From Deltaproteobacteria bacterium (GTDB lineage: Bacteria; Myxococcota_A; Polyangia; Polyangiales; Houyiibacteriaceae), in NCBI GenBank assembly GCA_027295555.1, contig JAPUKT010000222.1, positions 1 to 30,978 of the forward strand: a stretch of DNA of 30,978 bases, read 5' to 3'. The notes beneath the pieces were generated by a model. It did no database searches, was not told the DNA's origin, and worked only from the letters and a program-made list of their open reading frames with translations. Shown here in pieces: positions 1-7,382 of the stretch. Every line of letters begins with the position of its first letter. The stretch's first letter is position 1. The position numbers and the translations under genes were made by a program.

Positions 1-33
1 TTCGGTGGCAAACAGGAGCATGGGCTGTTTCAT
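1..33 (-). CDS. 5' end of a truncated gene (MKQPMLLFATE...), running off the window edge
   Basis: ATG at 33-31 on the minus strand, 14 nt after the GDPD stop, with an open frame to position 1. Only 11 codons are visible. Confidence 0.45.
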   Translation of the reverse strand, partial: MKQPMLLFATE

Positions 34-47
34 GGTCGATTCGCTGG

Positions 48-839
48 CTAGCGTTTGGCGAGCACCTCGATAAGAACATCGGGCAGGTCGGTTACGAGCG
101 CGTCGACCCCTACGTCGAGCAGCTCCCGCATCTGAGGTGGGTCGTCGATCGTCCAGACGTGCACTTGAATCCCGTGATGATGCGCCGCCTCGATGAACCG
201 CGGCGTGGTGATCCGGAGGTGGCGAAAGGTCGGGGGAATCTGTAGCGCATCGAACGCAAAGGATGCGTGCTTCCACGTACCGGAAAGAACTCGCACCCAA
301 AATCGCAAGGCTTCGCGACGGCTTGCAGACGTCACCACCCTGCCTTTGCTGAGCTGGCGAAACGCGTCGACCACCTCGTGGTGCTCCGACGCGACCAGGA
401 CCCGGTCGTAGATTCCATGGTGCACGATGAAATCCCAGAGGCGCCGCGCCATTGCTGGGTCTTTGGGTTTGATATCGAGGTTATAGTGGAGATCGGGATG
501 GAGCGAGAGCGCCTCTTCGAGCGTCGGAACCCGAACGCCGTTCCCGCGACAGGGATGGCACCCCCCCCGAATGAAGCTGTGAGCAGCGTCGAGCTCTTGA
601 AGCTCGGCGAGCGTGTAGTCGCGCAGATTCCCATGCCCATTGGTCGTGCGTTCGACCCTATGGTCGTGGAAGCACATGAAATGTCCATCCGCTGTTTCGC
701 GCAGATCGGTCTCGATGTGTCGACAGCCGAGGTCATTGGCCGATCGAAACGCTAGCAGCGTGTTTTCCGGCCATCGCTTTCCGCCGCCGCGGTGTGCAAA
801 CGGGAACGGCAAAATGGGGCCGAAATAGGGGCGAGGCAT
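48..839 (-). CDS. Glycerophosphodiester phosphodiesterase (GDPD/GlpQ-UgpQ family)
   Basis: Motifs FAHRGG, PENTLLAF, HIETD, CFHD..VERTT, VPTLEE, VHVWTIDD and VDALVTD. Confidence 0.93.
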   Translation of the reverse strand: MPRPYFGPILPFPFAHRGGGKRWPENTLLAFRSANDLGCRHIETDLRETADGHFMCFHDHRVERTTNGHGNLRDYTLAELQELDAAHSFIRGGCHPCRGNGVRVPTLEEALSLHPDLHYNLDIKPKDPAMARRLWDFIVHHGIYDRVLVASEHHEVVDAFRQLSKGRVVTSASRREALRFWVRVLSGTWKHASFAFDALQIPPTFRHLRITTPRFIEAAHHHGIQVHVWTIDDPPQMRELLDVGVDALVTDLPDVLIEVLAKR

Positions 840-940
840 GAGAACCCGGAGAGCATAGCGCTGATCGCGTCTGTGTGGGCCACGAAACTGGCTTATGGCT
901 TCCGTTTGTCTGCGGCGTGCGCCACCGATAGGATTCCGAG

Positions 941-1765
941 ATGGAAAAGAGCTTGGCCGGCAAGGTCGCGATCATTACAGGGAGCGCCAGGGGAATCGGA
1001 AAAGCACTAGCCGAGGAGTTGGCGGAGCGCGGTTGCTACCTAGTCCTAGCCGACATCAACGGAGAGCTGCTCGAAGAGACCGCATCGGAGTTGCGCGCCG
1101 CCGGTGCAAAGGTCGAAGCCAAGACGGTGGACGTGCGGGACGCGGGGCAGGTCGAGGGGCTCGTTCAAGGAGCCTTTCGAGAGCTCGGGCGCATCGACTA
1201 CCTCTTCAACAACGCCGGGATCAATGTCTTTGCGGAGCTTCTCGACACTTCGCTCGAAGACTGGAACCGGTTGATCGACGTGAACCTGCGCGGTGTTGTG
1301 CACGGCGTGCACGCGGCATACCCCCTCATGTGCAAGCAGGGTTTTGGTCACATCATCAACACCGCTTCAGTTGCGGGAGTGGCTCCAACCCCCGCCGAAG
1401 GCGCCTACGCGGCCACCAAGCATGCCGTGGTTGGGCTTTCGACTGCTCTTCGAATCGAGGCAGCGGCGTTCGGCGTCAAGGTCAGTGTCGTATGTCCCGG
1501 CGCTGTCGATACCCCGATCCTCTACTCTTCGAAACACGTGAAGTTCGACGCCGACGCAGTCGTGGAGTTGTTTCCCGAGAAACCGATGCCACCACGGCGG
1601 GCCGCGAAGCTCATTCTACGCGGTGTTGAGCGCGGTCGCTTTTTCATCGTGTTCTCCAAGACGGCGAATCTATTCTGGCGAGCGTACCGACTTGCTCCCG
1701 AGGGCTCGCTCTCGCTTGGGCAGCTCGCGATGAAACGTCTCCGCGCGATCAAACGGGATGCGTGA
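941..1765 (+). CDS. Short-chain dehydrogenase/reductase (classical SDR)
   Basis: TGSARGIG Rossmann motif, NNAG, catalytic Ser (TAS) and YAATK (YxxxK). Confidence 0.93.
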   Translation: MEKSLAGKVAIITGSARGIGKALAEELAERGCYLVLADINGELLEETASELRAAGAKVEAKTVDVRDAGQVEGLVQGAFRELGRIDYLFNNAGINVFAELLDTSLEDWNRLIDVNLRGVVHGVHAAYPLMCKQGFGHIINTASVAGVAPTPAEGAYAATKHAVVGLSTALRIEAAAFGVKVSVVCPGAVDTPILYSSKHVKFDADAVVELFPEKPMPPRRAAKLILRGVERGRFFIVFSKTANLFWRAYRLAPEGSLSLGQLAMKRLRAIKRDA

Positions 1766-1767
1766 GC

Positions 1768-2712
1768 TCAGCGGAACTCTTGCCCAATCCCGATCACGCC
1801 AAGCGCGCCCTCGTGAATCCGGAACTCTGCGGGTCCGGTGCCCGGAGCCTCGCCATCGATGTCCATGTAAGCCGTATTCGCGGTGACATCGACCTCGACA
1901 TGCTTGCCACGGAACGTGCTGACCAGGGATGACTCGATGTGGGTGCCCTTGTAGAGGCCTACCATCACGGGGAGTCCACGCAGGGTGGAGCATGCGCGCA
2001 TCACGATGACGTCGAACTCACCGTCCGTGACTCGCGCATTCGGGGCAAACAACATGCCGCCTCCCGCCCAACGCCCGTTGCACACGCACACCACGCTCAC
2101 GTCGTATTCGCCGCGGTCTTCTCCGTCGATCCGCAGGCGTATGTGGGCGGGCTTGTATTTGAGCTGCGCGCGGATCGTCGCTAGCAAGTACTTGGAAGCC
2201 CCGCTGCGACGAGACTGAGATGCTGCGACATAGCGGTCGACCAGTCCGCTTATTCCCATCGATGTGATGTTGAGAAAATAGCGACTTGCGCGCCCGCTAT
2301 CATCGTGCGCGTACTCGACCCAACCGATGTCGATCGGAATCGGTTCTCCATCACGGATGATTGCGCATCCGCGTTCGAGCTCGTCGGCGCCATCGATCAT
2401 CTTCCGAAAGTCGCCGCCGGTCCCGGCGTGCAGAATGCCGAACGCGACGTCTTGGTTGCGCCCTGACAGCATGATGCCATCGACGATCTCGCTGTGCGTT
2501 CCGTCGCCTCCGAACGAGACGATGGTCCGGGCGCCGCCGGCAGCTGCCTCGCGGGCGATCTCGATCCCGTGCCCAGCCGATTCAGTGAGCCGCAAGGTCA
2601 CGCGTCCGAGCACCTCCTGAATTTTCGCGCCAAGTGCCGGCCAATTGTCCCCCACGAAACCATGACGCGCTGCTGGGTTTGCGATGACAACGGTCTTTTC
2701 GGGCTCGAACAT
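1768..2712 (-). CDS. Diacylglycerol/lipid kinase family protein (YegS/DgkB/BmrU-like)
   Basis: IANPAA, GGDGTHSE, GTGGDF, YFLN, NGRWAGGGM and IDGE motifs. The true start is probably MFEPEK (ATG at 2712); the longer ORF to 3054 overlaps the divergent rhodanese. Confidence 0.9.
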   Translation of the reverse strand: MFEPEKTVVIANPAARHGFVGDNWPALGAKIQEVLGRVTLRLTESAGHGIEIAREAAAGGARTIVSFGGDGTHSEIVDGIMLSGRNQDVAFGILHAGTGGDFRKMIDGADELERGCAIIRDGEPIPIDIGWVEYAHDDSGRASRYFLNITSMGISGLVDRYVAASQSRRSGASKYLLATIRAQLKYKPAHIRLRIDGEDRGEYDVSVVCVCNGRWAGGGMLFAPNARVTDGEFDVIVMRACSTLRGLPVMVGLYKGTHIESSLVSTFRGKHVEVDVTANTAYMDIDGEAPGTGPAEFRIHEGALGVIGIGQEFR

Positions 2713-2761
2713 CGTTGAAGGCCTCGTACCGCATTTCGTCCATTTCCGGTAGAGTGACCGG

Positions 2762-3613
2762 GTGTTTTTGAGGATCTTCGCTGGCGCTTTGATTGTGGCT
2801 CTCGTCGGATGCGACGGTGGCTCCCCGCCAACGTCTTCCCTGGTGGTCGACACGGATTGGCTGAAGGCGAACCTGGATGATCCGAATTTGCAACCGGTCG
2901 ACGCGCGACTGGAGCCCGCATTCGATGCCAGCCGAATCCCGGGCGCGATCCATCTCAGGCCGGAGCAGCTCGCGATGAGCCAAGGTGATGTACCGTCCCA
3001 GGTGGCTCCGCCGATGCAGGCTGAACCGGTCCTGCGTGCGGCGGGGCTTCGCAACGACTCTATCGCCGTCGTGTATGGCGAGCCTCCGGAGTACGATCCC
3101 GCGCGTATCGTCTGGACCCTCCAGTACTACGGGCATGGGGATGTCCGCTATCTCGACGGAGGGTATCCAGCGTGGCTGGAAGCGGGCGGCACGATAGACG
3201 CCGAGCCGCCGACCGCGGAAGCCACCGACTACACGATCACAGACGTAGACGAGGATCTCCGGGTCACGGGGGATTGGGTGCTGTCTCAGCTCGGCGATGC
3301 CCCCTACGACACGCCTTCGATTCAACTCGTCGATGCGCGGTCACCTGGAGAATACGACGCTGGCCGAATTCCTAGCGCCCGCCACGGGCAGTGGACCAAC
3401 AACCTCGATGCTGGGTTTCTGCGCTCGATGGCGGAGATCGAAGCGCTCCACGAAGGTCTCGACCCTTCCAAGACCACCGTGACCTACTGCCTCGTCGGAT
3501 GGCGAGGCTCGTTCGCCTGGCTGGCCCTCACATATCTAGGCTACGAAGACGTCCGCCTTTACGACGGATCGTGGGCGGAATGGGGGAATGGGGCGTTCCC
3601 GGTGGAGCAGTGA
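2762..3613 (+). CDS. Tandem-domain sulfurtransferase (rhodanese) with lipoprotein signal peptide
   Basis: GTG start; lipobox LVGC; two rhodanese repeats (VDAR..F....IPGA and VDARSPGEY..G.IP.A); active-site YCLVGWR; C-terminal signature VRLYDGSWAEWG. Confidence 0.88.
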   Translation: MFLRIFAGALIVALVGCDGGSPPTSSLVVDTDWLKANLDDPNLQPVDARLEPAFDASRIPGAIHLRPEQLAMSQGDVPSQVAPPMQAEPVLRAAGLRNDSIAVVYGEPPEYDPARIVWTLQYYGHGDVRYLDGGYPAWLEAGGTIDAEPPTAEATDYTITDVDEDLRVTGDWVLSQLGDAPYDTPSIQLVDARSPGEYDAGRIPSARHGQWTNNLDAGFLRSMAEIEALHEGLDPSKTTVTYCLVGWRGSFAWLALTYLGYEDVRLYDGSWAEWGNGAFPVEQ

Positions 3614-3650
3614 CAGCGCCAGCGCCAAGCCCATGCAATGGGGCGGAGCG

Positions 3651-4289
3651 CTACTTGTTGGGCTGCGGCGTCATCCGCAGGTAGGGCTTGAGCTCGCGAT
3701 GCCCCTTCGGGAACTTCTGCGCGATCTCGTCCGGGTCGGTGATCGAGGGGACGATCACGACGTCGTCGCCGTCTTTCCAGTTGGCCGGCGTTGCGACCTG
3801 GTGGCTGTCTGTCAGCTGCAGGCCATCGAGCACGCGCAAGACCTCGTCGAAATTGCGCCCGGTGGCGGGCGGGTATGTGATCGTCGCGCGAACCTTCTTG
3901 TTCGGATCGATGAAGAACACCGATCGAACCGTCACCTTCGCGTCGGCCTCGGGGTGGATCATTTTGTAGAGCGTCGCGACTTTCTGGTCGGGGTCGGCGA
4001 CGATCGGGAAGTTCATTCGAACGTCTTGGGTCTCCTCGATGTCCTTGATCCACTCCTTGTGTGAGTCGAGGGGATCGACGCTGATGGCGAGCAGTTTGGC
4101 GCCGCGTTGCGCGAATTTATCCTTGAGCTTGGCGGCGAGACCGAGCTCGGTCGTGCACACGGGGGTGAAGTCGGCAGGGTGCGAGAAGAAGATCACCCAT
4201 GCGTCACCGACCCAATCATGAAAGCGAATTCTGCCTTCCGTGGTGTCTGCCTCAAAATCCGGTGCAGTGGTTCCTAACCGTAGGCTCAT
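3651..4289 (-). CDS. 1-Cys peroxiredoxin (Prx6 subfamily)
   Basis: FSHPADFTPVCTTELG, GRNFDE and TPANWKDG motifs; strong SD (AAGGAGG) upstream. Confidence 0.95.
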   Translation of the reverse strand: MSLRLGTTAPDFEADTTEGRIRFHDWVGDAWVIFFSHPADFTPVCTTELGLAAKLKDKFAQRGAKLLAISVDPLDSHKEWIKDIEETQDVRMNFPIVADPDQKVATLYKMIHPEADAKVTVRSVFFIDPNKKVRATITYPPATGRNFDEVLRVLDGLQLTDSHQVATPANWKDGDDVVIVPSITDPDEIAQKFPKGHRELKPYLRMTPQPNK

Positions 4290-4291
4290 TG

Positions 4292-4303
4292 GTTTCCTCC
4301 TTG
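4292..4303 (-). promoter_or_regulatory. Shine-Dalgarno sequence of the peroxiredoxin gene
   Basis: Minus strand reads AAGGAGGAAACCAATG into the start codon. Confidence 0.75.
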
Positions 4304-4394
4304 GATTTGGTGGGGTCCAATAGGAGGCGCCCGATTACGCCCCTCGTCAAGAGGTATTAGAGACAACAGGGCTACAAGCTGGTATCGAAACCCC

Positions 4395-5867
4395 GTGTCC
4401 GAGCTCTTCCCACGATTGGTCTCCCGCGAGTCGCGCCTTGCCCTCCAAGTTGGCGATGCATCCTGGACGTGCGCCGAGCTCGCGGGAGCAGCTCTTTTGC
4501 ATGCGGCCGCAACCGAGCGTTCGGGGGTTCGCGTCGGCGACCGAGTTGCGGTCTGGGCTCACCCGAGTCTCAGCACGGCTGCAGCCATTCTCGGGAACAT
4601 GGCCGCAGGCGCAGTCACAGTGCTCCTCAGCCCGAAGCTCGGGTCACACGAGCTCACGCACATCGTGAACGACGCTTCCCTCAAGTTGGTGTTCTCCGAT
4701 TCCGGTTACCCAACGCCGCGCGAGGTGGACGGGGTCGTCTGTCTTCGCGAGCGCTACGAACCTTCCGAGGGATCGCTTCGGTCCCTGGAGGTGAACGACA
4801 GCCCGGCCCTGATCCTTTACACCTCCGGGACTACGGGTCCCCCGAAGGGCGCCGTCATCACTCGCGGCAATATCGCTGCGAACCTCGATGCGCTGGCGCA
4901 GGCGTGGGAGTGGACCGATCGCGACACCGTCGTCCACTCGCTTCCTTTGATTCACGTGCACGGATTGGTCCTCGGCCTGCTCGGGAGCCTCCGGGTCGGG
5001 GGGGCGCTCCACTACGTACCGCGCTTTTCGCCCGACGGAATCGCGGCCGCTTTGACAGATTCGCGGCACGACCGGACCGTCCTGTTTGCGGTGCCAACGA
5101 TGTACCACCGACTCGCCGAAGCCGCAGAGTCCGACGCGGGGCTCGCCGAGGTGTTGAAACGTCCGAGGCTTCTCATCTCCGGCTCGGCGGGCCTCCCTTT
5201 GCGGGAGCACCAGCGCATCCAAAGGTTGACCGGGCGCGGTGTCCACGAACGCTACGGCCTACCCGAGACCCTCATAACTTGCGGTGTCCCCGCATCGCAC
5301 GCCCCGACGCCCGGATTCGTGGGTCCTCCGCTGCCTGGCGTCGAGCTAGCCTTGGTCGACGATATGCGTCGCCCGATCAATGCTCACGACGACGAAACGA
5401 TCGGCGAGGTCGTGGTGCGAAGTCCCTCGGTGTTTGCCGGATACCTCAACCGTCCCGATGCTACTGCGGCGGTGTTGGACGAGGAGGGTTGGTTCTACAC
5501 CGGCGACCTCGCGACGCGGGCCAAAGATGGATCGATTCGAATTCTCGGGCGGCGGAGCACCGACCTGATCAAAACCGGGGGGTACCGGGTTGGGGCCGGC
5601 GAGATCGAAGCATGCGTCCTCGGCCACCCAGCCGTTGCGGAAGTCGCGGTGGTCGGCGCACCCGATGACGATCTGGGGCAACGGATCGTCGCGTTCGTGG
5701 TCGTTCGCCCCGGCGAAGATATCGATCAGCTGACCGCCCTCAACGATTTCGTTGCCGAACGCCTGAGCCCGCACAAGCGTCCGCGCGACATCCGGATCGT
5801 CGAAAAGCTGCCCCGCAACGCTATGGGTAAGGTTCAGAAAAAGCGGCTTCTAGCCCCTAGGCCGTGA
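4395..5867 (+). CDS. Acyl-CoA synthetase, malonyl-CoA synthetase (MatB/ACSF3)-like adenylate-forming enzyme
   Basis: YTSGTTGPPKG, LPLIHVHGL, SGSA, ERYGLPET, GWFYTGD, DLIKTGGYRV and PRNAMGKVQK motifs. Confidence 0.85.
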   Translation: MSELFPRLVSRESRLALQVGDASWTCAELAGAALLHAAATERSGVRVGDRVAVWAHPSLSTAAAILGNMAAGAVTVLLSPKLGSHELTHIVNDASLKLVFSDSGYPTPREVDGVVCLRERYEPSEGSLRSLEVNDSPALILYTSGTTGPPKGAVITRGNIAANLDALAQAWEWTDRDTVVHSLPLIHVHGLVLGLLGSLRVGGALHYVPRFSPDGIAAALTDSRHDRTVLFAVPTMYHRLAEAAESDAGLAEVLKRPRLLISGSAGLPLREHQRIQRLTGRGVHERYGLPETLITCGVPASHAPTPGFVGPPLPGVELALVDDMRRPINAHDDETIGEVVVRSPSVFAGYLNRPDATAAVLDEEGWFYTGDLATRAKDGSIRILGRRSTDLIKTGGYRVGAGEIEACVLGHPAVAEVAVVGAPDDDLGQRIVAFVVVRPGEDIDQLTALNDFVAERLSPHKRPRDIRIVEKLPRNAMGKVQKKRLLAPRP

Positions 5868-6606
5868 GGGGCAGGGTTTCGTGGGTGACCCCGCAGGCGA
5901 GGGCGACGGCATCCCGGTAGGCTCGCCACGTCTCTACGGCTTGTGCCATGGCGTGGACGACTTCCGCTCGCTCGTCGGCGGGCACGTGACCGAGCATCAT
6001 TCTCCACGCGGCCTTTCGATGTTCACCTTCGACCGCCCGGTGCGCCTTGGTGAGCGCGAGGCATTCGAGCGGTAGACCGTAGTGTTTCACCAACGGGTGC
6101 TCGTCCAGAGGCGGCTCAGGCCTGGCAGGCGCGGAATCGTCCAGCCCCTGGCGCTCGTAGGGAGTGCCTTCGATGAACAGGGTTGCGATCGACGCAGCGA
6201 CGGCCCATCCACGGTTGGTGGTTGCGTCGTCGAGGAAGCTTCGATATCGACGCGCGCCAGGCAAAAGCTGCACGCGCGAGAACCGCTCGACGTTCATGCC
6301 GAGACCGCGTGGGTATTCGAGGAAGAGCTCAGGGTGGGGCTTGCCCGCGGCGAGGCCGCCCGTCTCTTCCTCGTAGATGTTTTCCGCGAGCTCTCTTCGA
6401 ACCTCGGCGACGGGGCACTGTACGTATGCGCGTCCGACGAGGACCGGAAAGTCGCGCACGTAGACTTCCCACTCGTGCTCGAGGTGAACGTGGAGTTTGT
6501 CTTTGGGGACGATACCTCGGGTGAACGCCGGCCAAGCCCAGTGGGTCTTTCGCTCCATTTGCTGAAGGAGCGCCTCTTGAAACTCGGAACGATCCACTCG
6601 TTTCAA
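5857..6606 (-). CDS. Heme-oxygenase-like diiron protein (PqqC/CADD/TenA fold, iron-containing redox enzyme)
   Basis: ENIYEEETG...HPELF (E/H), FIEG (E) and HRAVEGEH (HxxxExxH) match the HDO diiron ligand pattern. TTG start at 6606 or GTG at 6597. Confidence 0.72.
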   Translation of the reverse strand: MKRVDRSEFQEALLQQMERKTHWAWPAFTRGIVPKDKLHVHLEHEWEVYVRDFPVLVGRAYVQCPVAEVRRELAENIYEEETGGLAAGKPHPELFLEYPRGLGMNVERFSRVQLLPGARRYRSFLDDATTNRGWAVAASIATLFIEGTPYERQGLDDSAPARPEPPLDEHPLVKHYGLPLECLALTKAHRAVEGEHRKAAWRMMLGHVPADERAEVVHAMAQAVETWRAYRDAVALACGVTHETLPLTA

Positions 6607-6648
6607 GGTAGGCGCTGGCGCCTCTCGTGTCGAAGATGAGCCGAAATC

Positions 6649-7377
6649 TTACAGTTTTCCCCGCCACGCATCGATGCGTAGCTTCGGCACCATCACCACG
6701 GCTTCCGCGAAGATTCGCCGTGACATCTTGCTCGCGCCGGCCATCCGATCGACGAAAAGAATCGGCACCTCCTCGATTCGAAAACCAAGACGAAGCGCGC
6801 GGAAGGTCATTTCGATCTGAAACGAGTAGCCCTCGGATCGCACCTGATCCAAGTCGATCGCCTCCAGCACGTTGCGACGGAAGCCCTTGTAGCCGCCGGT
6901 GAGATCCCGGATGCCTATTCCCAAGATCGTTCGGGCGTAAACGCTGCCGCCGCGCGACAGAAACGTGCGAGCCATCCCCCAACCCTCGACGCCACCGCCG
7001 GGGATGTTGCGAGAACCGAGGACGACATCGGCACCGTTGTCGAGCCTTTCCAAGAACGCGGGAAGGTACGCCGGGCTGTGCGAAAGATCAGTGTCCATTT
7101 GAAACACGCGCTCGTAGTCGTGCTCGAGCGCGTAGCGGAACGCATCGAGATACGCGGTCGCGAGGCCCATCTTCCCAGGGCGCCGCATGACGTGGATTCT
7201 CGGGTCCTCTTTGGCGCAACCCTCGGCCAGGTCGCCCGTGCCGTCCGGGGAATTGTCGTCGACGACGAGGACATGCGTATCGGGGACGGCGGCGAAGAGT
7301 TGGTCGAGGAAGGTACGGAGGTTTTCTCGCTCGTTGTAGGTGGGCGTGATCACCAACATGCTCGGTCCGGTGCCCAT
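6649..7377 (-). CDS. Polyprenol monophosphomannose synthase (Ppm1/DPM1-like GT2)
   Basis: ITPTYNERENL, VDDNSPDGTG, QMDTDLSH (DxD), GSR, DLTGGYK, GYSFQIEM and FVDRMAGASKM motifs. Confidence 0.9.
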   Translation of the reverse strand: MGTGPSMLVITPTYNERENLRTFLDQLFAAVPDTHVLVVDDNSPDGTGDLAEGCAKEDPRIHVMRRPGKMGLATAYLDAFRYALEHDYERVFQMDTDLSHSPAYLPAFLERLDNGADVVLGSRNIPGGGVEGWGMARTFLSRGGSVYARTILGIGIRDLTGGYKGFRRNVLEAIDLDQVRSEGYSFQIEMTFRALRLGFRIEEVPILFVDRMAGASKMSRRIFAEAVVMVPKLRIDAWRGKL

Positions 7378-7382
7378 GGAAG

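Noticed and set aside
1768-2712. Lipid kinase as an undecaprenol kinase linked to DUF368/Ppm1
   Set aside because: Known undecaprenol kinases are the small membrane DgkA family; this is the soluble DgkB/YegS fold, and it is several kb away.
2713-3054. N-terminal extension of the lipid kinase ORF, and similar extensions of pip (to 17453), queE (27437), the hotdog gene (27991) and the sulfatase (9325)
   Set aside because: They overlap neighbouring genes or lack family similarity; internal starts match the family N-termini.
2801-3501. Identical 11-mer CTCGTCGGATG at the rhodanese lipobox (2801-2811) and active site (3491-3501)
   Set aside because: A short match in GC-rich coding DNA (both encode LVG) with no supporting structure; most likely chance.
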